Positions 9,625 to 17,507 of a stretch of 36,827 nucleotides of DNA are shown here, in pieces. Within the stretch, counting starts at the first letter, position 1. Each line of letters starts with the position of its first letter. The DNA comes from a virus. The notes beneath the pieces were generated by a model. The model did no database searches and was not told the DNA's origin. It was given only the letters and a program-made list of their open reading frames with translations. The position numbers and the translations under genes were made by a program. The stretch lies in the IMG/VR virus record IMGVR_UViG_3300029122_000022. One strand, written 5' to 3'.

Positions 9625-10090
9625 TGACAAGGCCATAACGCGTTTAGCGCCCTACTCCGGCTTGAGGTTATTCTCTTGGGCGCTTAAACGCATAGTGAGA
9701 ACCAACGACAAGGACGAGACTATTACAAGTCAGCTCGAAACAGTAAGACTTTTACTAACGGAGAAGGTACCATCGCACGTAATAAAATACGCCTATTATA
9801 GGCTGCCGGAAGCAAAGATACTCAAATCATCCGAGGAGGCTATACACGTTTTGTCGGAGAACTTCGGGTCCCGGGATTTTTGGGTCTCGGTATACCCGTG
9901 TACGGAGAGGGGGTGCATACGTCTCGCCGTAGAGTGCCTGTTGCTGCAAGGTGGGTCCCCGTCTTGCATATCCGAAAAACTCAAAGTTACGGAGAGGACG
10001 GTGTATAATTTACGTACGAAAGTTGTTCGTAGGGAGCTGGATTTAAAATCGAAACCTAATGATACTCAACATATCCAGGAAAGCGTATGA
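9575..10090 (+). CDS. Putative transcription regulator with a C-terminal HTH (sigma-70 region 4 / LuxR-like)
   Basis: The C-terminal segment SCISEKLKVTERTVYNLRTKV looks like a helix-turn-helix. The ORF track starts it at TTG 9572; the first ATG is at 9575. Overlaps the primase 3' end by about 50 nt. Confidence 0.4.
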   Translation: MTTTDLILKESRKFGLDDKAITRLAPYSGLRLFSWALKRIVRTNDKDETITSQLETVRLLLTEKVPSHVIKYAYYRLPEAKILKSSEEAIHVLSENFGSRDFWVSVYPCTERGCIRLAVECLLLQGGSPSCISEKLKVTERTVYNLRTKVVRRELDLKSKPNDTQHIQESV

Positions 10091-10337
10091 TAGCTTTTCG
10101 GCTGTTCAACGTCTCGCGACGAACGGGAAACGAGTAGTAGATAAGCACGTTTCGACTATCGAAGAGTTTTACGAAACGTACGACTCGATAGCTGAAAACT
10201 GCGAGGCTATCATAGTAGATGAAACGGATGTTGTGTTTAACAACGACGTAGTTAATGCTGCGATATGCCCCGTAGTTACTTTACGCGTAGAGATTGATTG
10301 CGAGAAACACACACATAAATTTTTAGTATATGAGTAA
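10059..10337 (+). CDS. Hypothetical protein (92 aa)
   Basis: ATG ORF overlapping both neighbours by a few codons. Confidence 0.55.
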   Translation: MILNISRKAYDSFSAVQRLATNGKRVVDKHVSTIEEFYETYDSIAENCEAIIVDETDVVFNNDVVNAAICPVVTLRVEIDCEKHTHKFLVYE

Positions 10338-10764
10338 CAAAAAAGTAGAGGATTGGGTCGCTAAAGTGAAAGCGGAAAAAGACTACAAAATCACAAAGAC
10401 CCTTCGACGTAGGCAAAACTACATAGAAAAACCCGTATCCGAGACTACCGTAGCACGTAGACTTCGAGAGGTTGTAAAAGAAGCCGGGGGTATGATCCTC
10501 AAAATGCATCCCCTTACAAATAAGGGGGTTCCCGACTACCTCGTACACGTAGCAGGTCGAACCTTTTACGTGGAGACAAAAACCACAGGCGAGGAATGTT
10601 CCGCGGCACAGGTAGCCATGCAGGCAGAGCTTAAAAAACACGGGATCGAGACGTACGTACTCGACTCTCGGTTAATTAATTTTTACGATTTGTACGCGCA
10701 GTCGTATAAAACGTACGAAATGAACGAAAACTCAAAGTTTTACCATAAAAGCAAAAAATTATGA
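10330..10764 (+). CDS. VRR-NUC domain nuclease
   Basis: PD-(D/E)xK pattern GVPDYLVH...FYVETKTTGEECSAAQ...G, typical of VRR-NUC. Confidence 0.7.
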   Translation: MSNKKVEDWVAKVKAEKDYKITKTLRRRQNYIEKPVSETTVARRLREVVKEAGGMILKMHPLTNKGVPDYLVHVAGRTFYVETKTTGEECSAAQVAMQAELKKHGIETYVLDSRLINFYDLYAQSYKTYEMNENSKFYHKSKKL

Positions 10765-11219
10765 ACGTAGAAGTAATGAACAGACTGCTTTCCACGATCG
10801 AGATAGCAGCTATCAACGCGAAAGGTCGGCATTGGCTCGTCGCCGGGCCGGGATTCGATTCGGCGCATACCTTGTTGGATAAGGTGTGGTCCACGTTGCT
10901 TAACGGCGCTGACAAAGTAGCAGAGACCGTACGAACGTTGAGCGGGGTGCCCGAGTGGGATTCGGAAGTTTGGGCGAAAAACTCGTATGTGGGGTTGGAT
11001 AAATCAATATCCTCGCTCGAATCACGTAATAACGTAGAGGAGTTCTTACGGGCTACTCGTGATGAACTGAACAGGATTATCGCGTTGATTCATGACGAGA
11101 TAGATACGGGGGGTATCGATCCGACGTTTGAAAGCGATCTCACCGCTTTTACGTCCGAACTGCGTCATCATATACTGTTCCTCGACGGAACGATTGAAGA
11201 CTGGGAGTATGCAGAGTAA
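10761..11219 (+). CDS. Dps-like (ferritin superfamily) protein
   Basis: Segment NRLLSTIEIAAINAKGRHWLVAGPGFDSAHTLLDKVWSTLLNGADKVAETVRTLSG aligns by eye with the E. coli Dps ferroxidase region (NFHW..G..F..VH..LD......D..AER...LGG). The C-terminal DLTAFTSEL...LFL resembles Dps helix D. Confidence 0.55.
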   Translation: MNVEVMNRLLSTIEIAAINAKGRHWLVAGPGFDSAHTLLDKVWSTLLNGADKVAETVRTLSGVPEWDSEVWAKNSYVGLDKSISSLESRNNVEEFLRATRDELNRIIALIHDEIDTGGIDPTFESDLTAFTSELRHHILFLDGTIEDWEYAE

Positions 11220-11595
11220 CGAGAAACGTGTAGACAAGCTGGACGAGTATCAAACCCGAGCTATGAGCACGAGGTTGGACTCGTGTGACAACGTTACGTA
11301 TATGGCCTTCGGCCTTGTGGCCGAAGTGGGGGAGCTCGCCGACAAGATCGCAAAGTGGAAGCGTAAGAAGGAGGCGTACGTAACGGACGACCACCTCGTA
11401 TTCAACACGTGGCAAACGGACGAGGTTGACGAGAAGCACGTCGAGCTTATGAAAGAGCTCGGTGACGTTCTGTGGTTCGTGGCTGGTATTGCGGATCATT
11501 TTGACTACTCGTTGAGCGAGGTCGCCGAAATGAACTTGGAGAAGCTCGCTTGTCGTAAGTCGAAAGGTACAATCGTAACGCACGAGGATCATTGA
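11209..11595 (+). CDS. MazG-like nucleotide pyrophosphohydrolase
   Basis: Motifs EVGELADKI and ELGDVLWFV (the EExxE/D metal-binding helices of all-alpha NTP pyrophosphatases). Start chosen at the internal ATG 11209 (MQSNEKR). Confidence 0.8.
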   Translation: MQSNEKRVDKLDEYQTRAMSTRLDSCDNVTYMAFGLVAEVGELADKIAKWKRKKEAYVTDDHLVFNTWQTDEVDEKHVELMKELGDVLWFVAGIADHFDYSLSEVAEMNLEKLACRKSKGTIVTHEDH

Positions 11596-11655
11596 TTTGC
11601 TTTGTAGACGACTGCCCGTTCTGCGTGTGTAACGTCTGCGTAAAAGGAGGATGTT

Positions 11656-12993
11656 ATGTTTCAATTACGAGACTATCAAAAACGAGTGGTCGCCGAGGAG
11701 GTTCAACGAAAGAACCTCCTCGTGGTGGCCCCAATGGGGGCCGGTAAAACTATCTCGACGCTGACTGCGCTCGCCGCTCTTATAATCGACCCACGAGAGT
11801 GCGTAGAGAACGTACTGATAATCGCACCAAAACGTGTGGCACAGAGCGTGTGGGCGCAGGAGGCGTTAGATAACGGTACCGGGCTGAACGTTAGGTACTG
11901 CGAGAGGGCTTTGGACGTAAAGTTGTTCCTTCTCGAACCTGCTACACACCACATAGCTGTATGTAGTGTGACGAGGATCGAGGAGATACCACACGGATGC
12001 TGGGATTGCGTAGTTATCGACGAAAGCACGATGATGAAGCACCACAAGTCGAAGCGTTCGAAGGAGGCCCGACGTATATGCAACAAGGTGCCCCGACGTA
12101 TCGAACTGACGGGCACACCTATTCACAACGGGTACGAGGGTTTGTGGCACCAGCTGTTCCTGCTGGACGGTGGTAAGGCTGTCGGCCGCACGCTCGGCGA
12201 GTTCCGGTCACGGTATATGCGTGAGAAGTACAGGGTCAACGGCGTCGTTACGATCTTCGAGATCGACCCGGCGAAAATCCCGCAACTCATGCGCGACATT
12301 AAGCCACTCGTGTACGTAGTCGATGCGGACGTAAAGCTGCCCGACTGCTTGTATAAAGACGTGACGATTGACTTGCCGAAGAGCGTCAAGAAAAAATATG
12401 ACGGCTTCGAAGAGTCGTACGTCATGACGTATCGAGAGGAGACAGGAAAGGATGCGTACAGCGGTGAAGCCAAAACGCTGCTCGCCTTTTCACGTACCTC
12501 TCTCGGTATGAAGTTGCGCCAGTTCGCCTCGGGGTTTGTCTACACAGACGACGAACACAAAACGTACGTGACGACGCACCGAGAGAAAATCGAGGCGCTG
12601 AAGGAGCTCGTGGAGGGCTTCGACGGGGGTATCCTCGTGGCCTATCAATTTAAGAGCGAGTACGAGGAGTTGAAAAAAGCCTTTCCGAAGGCCCGGCGGA
12701 TCGAAACCGACGAGGATGTTGTATCGTGGAACGAGGGTCGTATGCCGATGGCTCTTGTTCACCCTGCGAGTGTAGGTCACGGCCTTAACCTCCAATTCGG
12801 TGGCCACGTACTCGTGTGGTTTAGCTTAACGTACGATGCGGAGTTGTACGCCCAGCTAAACAAACGTCTCCACCGTAGCGGGCAGACCTCTACGGTTAGT
12901 ATTATACATTTGATCGCAAGAGGTACGATAGACGAGCGCGTTCTGTCGATACTTCGGAAAAAAGAGAATTACGCAAAAGATTTTGTAAAATGA
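11656..12993 (+). CDS. SNF2/DEAD-like helicase
   Basis: Walker A APMGAGKT, DExx box VVIDEST, LTGTPIHNG, and motif VI HRSGQT...ARGTIDERV. It is one of the few genes here with an SD-like AAGGAGG upstream. Confidence 0.88.
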   Translation: MFQLRDYQKRVVAEEVQRKNLLVVAPMGAGKTISTLTALAALIIDPRECVENVLIIAPKRVAQSVWAQEALDNGTGLNVRYCERALDVKLFLLEPATHHIAVCSVTRIEEIPHGCWDCVVIDESTMMKHHKSKRSKEARRICNKVPRRIELTGTPIHNGYEGLWHQLFLLDGGKAVGRTLGEFRSRYMREKYRVNGVVTIFEIDPAKIPQLMRDIKPLVYVVDADVKLPDCLYKDVTIDLPKSVKKKYDGFEESYVMTYREETGKDAYSGEAKTLLAFSRTSLGMKLRQFASGFVYTDDEHKTYVTTHREKIEALKELVEGFDGGILVAYQFKSEYEELKKAFPKARRIETDEDVVSWNEGRMPMALVHPASVGHGLNLQFGGHVLVWFSLTYDAELYAQLNKRLHRSGQTSTVSIIHLIARGTIDERVLSILRKKENYAKDFVK

Positions 12994-13307
12994 AGACATT
13001 CCACGTAACGGATAGCGCATATCGGTCGTTAGCCCGCCTTTTTATAGAGGGTGTGGCTTGGTACGACGGGTCGATAGCTGCCGTCGTAGAGTTGGAAGAG
13101 GGAGACGTAAATATTTTTATGTCTCTGTCAGCGTTCATATCTTTTGAAAGCCACGTTTGCCCCGACACTACTAACTATCTGATAAAACGTGTGGTGGTAA
13201 GACGATTCGAATTTGCGGCATACAGCAAAGATGACTACCCGTACGAGCTCGAAACGGATTTCGAGATAGAAAAGCTCGTTGAAGCGTTTGATGGCATGTG
13301 GGTATAA
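12990..13307 (+). CDS. Hypothetical protein (105 aa)
   Basis: ATGA overlap with the SNF2 stop. Last gene of the plus-strand arm. Confidence 0.6.
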   Translation: MKTFHVTDSAYRSLARLFIEGVAWYDGSIAAVVELEEGDVNIFMSLSAFISFESHVCPDTTNYLIKRVVVRRFEFAAYSKDDYPYELETDFEIEKLVEAFDGMWV

Positions 13308-13347
13308 AAGAAAAGACGTACGAGCTGATTCGTACGTCTTTTCTTTT
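13306..13347. terminator. Bidirectional terminator hairpin at the convergence of the two arms
   Basis: AAAAGAAAAGACGTACGA / TCGTACGTCTTTTCTTTT form a perfect 18-bp stem with a 6-nt loop. A/T runs on both sides, between the stop at 13307 (+) and the stop at 13358 (-). Confidence 0.8.
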
Positions 13348-13357
13348 ATACGATTCC

Positions 13358-14353
13358 TTAATCGAGAACCGGGAACGTTTGGAAGAAGTCAAGTTTTTTC
13401 ACCTCTATCACCGTATTGGGCATCTCGGTGGTAAACCTCGTAGTTATGGCGTACTGGGTGCCCGCAGGAACAGAGAACGATCCGAAGTTAGCTACGGCAG
13501 TAGGGCCGTAAAGGTGTACTGTTATAGCTTGGCTCGTTGTATTCCTTGCGATGACGTGTACCACCCCCGGTATTGCCGGCCCGAACGTTATATTCGTCCG
13601 CCCGGCCGTCAACGTCACGATGAACAGACCCGTAACGCCGATGTTACAACTACCGGTGAATAGGGTAACTCCCGAACGTACAAACGGAGCGGCATCGCAC
13701 TTAACAGGTGTAACGCTACCATCTGCTATTTGCGCATTACCTACCGCACCATTTGCAATCTTACCCGTAGTAACGGCGGCATCGGCAATCTTATCCGTGG
13801 TTACGGCTGCACTTTCAATCTTATCCGTAGTAACGGCTTCACCGGCAATCTTACCCGTAGTAACGGACCCATTTACGAGTTTTTCCCTGGTAATGGTGTT
13901 GTTCACAATAGCGCCACCGTTCACGTAAGGGATGTACCGGAATAGAGAGAGTACGGTCTCCGTTACGTTCGTAATGATGCGTATAGCTCCGCTATTAACT
14001 CTGCTGTTTCGGATAACGTTGTTGATGTAAAACGGCTGAACGAGCCCCGTGCTCAAAGTTCTGTCATCGTCGTCAATTGGCGCAACGTACATATCGTCAC
14101 CCTCGGAGAACCCGCCATTATCGCTGGTCGCCCCCTCGTAGTAGTACAGTTTACCCTTGTAAGCAATCACCCCGGGGGTAAGTATACCCCCGACTATGTG
14201 CAGACCGCTTACGATCTTGATAGTCGTGGCGCTATTAAGCGTCTCCGATGCGAGAGCCTCGGTGAGGCCATCCCATACGTTTTGCAAATCCGAAAGTCTG
14301 AACGGCCTTTTGAGGCCCGGATTTGCTGGATTGATTGTCTTAATTCCGGACAT
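13358..14353 (-). CDS. Tail fibre / receptor-binding protein
   Basis: Last gene of the tail module. Carries about six tandem 10-aa repeats (xxxVTTxKIA) in the middle and a divergent C-terminal domain. Confidence 0.6.
   Translation of the reverse strand: MSGIKTINPANPGLKRPFRLSDLQNVWDGLTEALASETLNSATTIKIVSGLHIVGGILTPGVIAYKGKLYYYEGATSDNGGFSEGDDMYVAPIDDDDRTLSTGLVQPFYINNVIRNSRVNSGAIRIITNVTETVLSLFRYIPYVNGGAIVNNTITREKLVNGSVTTGKIAGEAVTTDKIESAAVTTDKIADAAVTTGKIANGAVGNAQIADGSVTPVKCDAAPFVRSGVTLFTGSCNIGVTGLFIVTLTAGRTNITFGPAIPGVVHVIARNTTSQAITVHLYGPTAVANFGSFSVPAGTQYAITTRFTTEMPNTVIEVKKLDFFQTFPVLD
13703..13903 (-). repeat. In-frame 30-bp (10-aa) tandem repeats within the tail fibre gene
   Basis: Peptide NNTITREKLV NGSVTTGKIA GEAVTTDKIE SAAVTTDKIA DAAVTTGKIA NGAVGNAQIA DGSVTPV. 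Confidence 0.8.
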
Positions 14354-14814
14354 TACTGAATGAAGTTTACGTGTAGTGCAATATAAAAAGGTATGAGCAG
14401 CGATACGTACCCCTCCACTTCCGTCTGCGAAGCCCCGTTGAGAGTTATGTTTATGCTCCCAGCGTTAGCGACGAGGTTGTACGGTATGACAGGTGTGTCG
14501 GACGTGCCGTCGTACGAGAACTCGGGTACTTCGTCTGTACCATCGTACTGAACGTTATAATCCGAGTATTCGGGTACGATCTCAACGATCACACCTGTTA
14601 TTTTTTCGAGAAGCCGGACGATCTGATCTTGGCTATTCGTGCATTCGGCGATAGCCAAAGCAATCAATCTCGCCTTGCGGAACGTTCGAGATATGAACGG
14701 TAGGCAAAGGCAAAAGATAAATTTGAACAGTACGGACGTCTCCCCGTCTTTTCGTAGAGAAAACTCGCGGAGGTATAAAGCCACGAGTTTCGGCATGTCT
14801 ATGTATTTAAACAT
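14353..14814 (-). CDS. Hypothetical tail/baseplate protein (P2 gpI position)
   Basis: Synteny only. ATG 14814 overlaps the upstream stop (TGATG). The ORF track starts it at GTG 14817. Confidence 0.45.
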   Translation of the reverse strand: MFKYIDMPKLVALYLREFSLRKDGETSVLFKFIFCLCLPFISRTFRKARLIALAIAECTNSQDQIVRLLEKITGVIVEIVPEYSDYNVQYDGTDEVPEFSYDGTSDTPVIPYNLVANAGSINITLNGASQTEVEGYVSLLIPFYIALHVNFIQ

Positions 14815-15614
14815 CACTGCAACGTTTTAATCATATTTACCGTTATCTCCGTCCCGAACGTAAACGCCCCGTTGGTCAGCTTGAACAGACCTTCCGACGG
14901 GAAAATCTGCTTCGTAGAGCCGTCCAGTTGCTGTTCCGTGGCCATGAGAGACGGGCTGAAGCCGATAGCCAAAACGTCTGACTGTTTCTGTATCACGTCC
15001 GAGATTTCGGACATAGATACGGTATTTGTGGATCGCAGTACAGACTCATTCGCCTTTAGGTTAGCGTTAATCTCCGAGGCTACGGTAGACGCATCAGACC
15101 CGGATCGTACGTAGACCTTTATACCGGGGTCTGTAATATTCGCTACTTGAAGAGAGGCGATATTAAGGTTCAAACCCAGCGGCTGAAATGCTTGAAAGTA
15201 CGTTTTAAACGAGGCCAACTCATCGGACGTTAACGTAGTAAGGTGCCCGTCGGGGCCTATCTTGTTTACGAGAAGCGTGAACAACGGGTACCCACCCACT
15301 ATATACGCTTGCTTCACGATTTGGTTCTCCTCGTTTACCTTCTCGTAGTACCCACCTTGATTTACAGGGTCGTACACCAAATTGTCTCCGAGTTGAAACG
15401 CAACGGCTTTACGACGGTAGTACTCTACCGTCGTAATTTTTTGCGACGCAAGGGCTGCGTTTATAGCGGCCAGCGTATTCTCTCTTTCGATCTTTTCCGT
15501 ATCGGCAAACGTGCCTACCACGTCGATGATTTTGGCTTCGATCGAACCGTTGCTTTTAGCAAAGGACGGCAGCAGTTCTTGTAACGCTGCCATAATAGTA
15601 GACACGGCTCCCAT
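14814..15614 (-). CDS. Baseplate J-like wedge protein
   Basis: Position upstream of the fibre genes. The C-terminal pattern resembles Baseplate_J family proteins by eye only. Confidence 0.45.
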   Translation of the reverse strand: MGAVSTIMAALQELLPSFAKSNGSIEAKIIDVVGTFADTEKIERENTLAAINAALASQKITTVEYYRRKAVAFQLGDNLVYDPVNQGGYYEKVNEENQIVKQAYIVGGYPLFTLLVNKIGPDGHLTTLTSDELASFKTYFQAFQPLGLNLNIASLQVANITDPGIKVYVRSGSDASTVASEINANLKANESVLRSTNTVSMSEISDVIQKQSDVLAIGFSPSLMATEQQLDGSTKQIFPSEGLFKLTNGAFTFGTEITVNMIKTLQ

Positions 15615-15615
15615 A

Positions 15616-16023
15616 CTACAAATGAATAGCGAGTTTTCTGTTACCTATGCTGTTCTCTTTACACGAAACGTGTACCCAGCTGTACCCTTTTTCGTCGATT
15701 ACTTGATCGTAATCAAACGCACTGTAAGCGATCATTTCAAATAGCTTACGGTTTCCTTCCACACTACCCGTAGTAATGTCGGCCGCCTCCCCCCGAAGAT
15801 GCTGCGAGTTCGCTACACCACCAACCGCAGCGTTAAGCGCCTTACACCTGTACCCGCTGTTTACAGTTATAGGTTTGCCCCACGCTCGTCTGATGGGGTC
15901 GAGGCAGTGGTCCATTAAGTACTTTAAACGTTTCGTTTCCTCCGGCCCGGGGGTATTATCTATCCCCCGGGACTTCGCTGTGTTGGAATGCGTCAATTCG
16001 TCCAACGTAAAAAATTCGGCCAT
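15616..16023 (-). CDS. Endolysin, peptidase M15 (L-alanyl-D-glutamate / D-Ala-D-Ala peptidase family)
   Basis: SGYRC..LN..VGGVANSQHLRGEAADI ... WVHVS: the Zn-binding H-x6-D ... H signature of Peptidase_M15_3/4. Confidence 0.85.
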   Translation of the reverse strand: MAEFFTLDELTHSNTAKSRGIDNTPGPEETKRLKYLMDHCLDPIRRAWGKPITVNSGYRCKALNAAVGGVANSQHLRGEAADITTGSVEGNRKLFEMIAYSAFDYDQVIDEKGYSWVHVSCKENSIGNRKLAIHL

Positions 16024-16024
16024 A

Positions 16025-16258
16025 CTATCGGAGGATTAAAAAGTGGCACAACCCTCCGAGGACGGTACCGATGCCGTTGCAAAGAACGTCAATCCAGTCC
16101 CACGCCGTGATGCTCTTTGCATACTGAACGTCTTTCACCTCCGTGGCGAACATAGCGCCTACTCCGGCCTGCCAACCGAAAGCGAGGGAAAGAATGAAAC
16201 AACCGAGGATGTGAAGCCATCGGTTAGAAGTCAGAAACCAGTTAATAATTTTTTCCAT
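16025..16258 (-). CDS. Small two-TMD membrane protein, holin candidate
   Basis: 77 aa with two hydrophobic segments (WLHILGCFILSLAFGW; VLCNGIGTVLGGLCHFLIL). Sits immediately upstream of the endolysin. Confidence 0.45.
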   Translation of the reverse strand: MEKIINWFLTSNRWLHILGCFILSLAFGWQAGVGAMFATEVKDVQYAKSITAWDWIDVLCNGIGTVLGGLCHFLILR

Positions 16259-16262
16259 ACGT

Positions 16263-16589
16263 TTAGTCTATTAAGTTAGACAATGTTTCGAGATACGTTT
16301 CACCATCCGTTATCGCTTTTTGAAGCATGAACAGATTGGTAGAATATGGTGCTTTCGCCTGCCCGAGCGTGTCGTAGATAGGTACGGACAGATCGAGGGT
16401 CATGCCTTGAAGGTCGGGTGTCCACGTCTGACCTATGTCGGGTACGTCTTGCCACATTTCGGGCATAGTATCGAAACCTACCCGCTCTCCGACGGGGAGT
16501 TGTTCAACTACGGCAGGAAGCCCCGTCAGAGAGCCGGATAGGTTAAAAGCTACGTCTACGACGCTCGTATTTTGTTTAATCGTTACCAT
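16263..16589 (-). CDS. Hypothetical baseplate-module protein (possibly LysM/tail-X-like)
   Basis: Synteny. Weak by-eye resemblance of the N-terminus to LysM-like tail protein X. The first ATG is at 16589; the ORF track uses GTG 16595. Confidence 0.4.
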   Translation of the reverse strand: MVTIKQNTSVVDVAFNLSGSLTGLPAVVEQLPVGERVGFDTMPEMWQDVPDIGQTWTPDLQGMTLDLSVPIYDTLGQAKAPYSTNLFMLQKAITDGETYLETLSNLID

Positions 16590-16878
16590 AGTCACCGTAG
16601 AATGTTAACGTTCCGTTAGACACCTTTACTTCAACGTTAGATGCGCCGTCCTTTATAGCCATAGACTGCGCGTCAGATAGTACAGGTTGAACCCTGTTGT
16701 AAGGTACGTTTACGAGCCTTGCTCCTACCTGCGCGCCAAAGTACAGATACGTCAGTCGGCACACCTGCGATAGAGACAACAAAGCGACGCATTGATTGTC
16801 TATCGTAGCGGTTTCAAACTGCCCGGAGCTGCCTATAACTACGTCTCCTACGTCAAAGTCGTATTTAATACCTATCAT
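16576..16878 (-). CDS. Hypothetical baseplate protein (gpW position)
   Basis: 100-aa ORF with ATGA coupling to the upstream gene. Called on synteny only. Confidence 0.45.
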   Translation of the reverse strand: MIGIKYDFDVGDVVIGSSGQFETATIDNQCVALLSLSQVCRLTYLYFGAQVGARLVNVPYNRVQPVLSDAQSMAIKDGASNVEVKVSNGTLTFYGDYGND

Positions 16879-17507
16879 TGTTTTATCTTTTCGTTAGCGT
16901 AATCGTCATCGGAAAACGATGATATTTTAGCTTTAATAAACGTTGGCGTAGCCGTGGTTCCACCCGGGGCTGGGTGTGTGTGCGTAGCAATGTTGTTCTG
17001 AAGCGTATCGAGCTCAGATTTCAGTTTATTTAACCGTTCCGTGAGCCTGCTTATCGCCACGAGGGCCCCGAGCGACCCACCGTTGAACTGTATGAGGTCA
17101 GACGTTACGTCTATCGACGACTTACCGAGTGATAGGGAGATCGAATCTTTTGATTCGTCGTCCGGGTCTACTTGAAGAGTAGCCGATACAGACCCACGTT
17201 TGAACGATACTTTGTCAACGCTTTCAAACCACAAAAACTGCGGGTTGTTATCGTCTCCGTTCGGGTTGGCTATCACCGCCACGCTCCCGACGGTAGGCAC
17301 GATCGTAACGTTGGCCGTACCTATGTTGAAAAGTGACAAGGGCACTTGTATGGGCGCGTCGCCTTCAAATATGGTAACGTTGGCAACATTGTTCTCCTCA
17401 TCGACACTCTCGATCGTAACGGTTTTGAGCACGAAACGGCGAAGCATACGTGCAAGTTCCGATCCGAACTCCTCTCCTGCCGCCTCTGCGATTGATCCTC
17501 GTTTCAT
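16875..17507 (-). CDS. Baseplate central spike, gpV/Mu gp45-like
   Basis: Size (210 aa), position, and the C-terminal HTHPAPGGTTATP motif typical of gpV-type spikes. Confidence 0.45.
   Translation of the reverse strand: MKRGSIAEAAGEEFGSELARMLRRFVLKTVTIESVDEENNVANVTIFEGDAPIQVPLSLFNIGTANVTIVPTVGSVAVIANPNGDDNNPQFLWFESVDKVSFKRGSVSATLQVDPDDESKDSISLSLGKSSIDVTSDLIQFNGGSLGALVAISRLTERLNKLKSELDTLQNNIATHTHPAPGGTTATPTFIKAKISSFSDDDYANEKIKQ

Noticed and set aside
13358-14353. A diversity-generating retroelement targeting the tail fibre C-terminus.
   Set aside because: No reverse transcriptase gene is present, and I could find no template-repeat copy of the fibre 3' region in the window.
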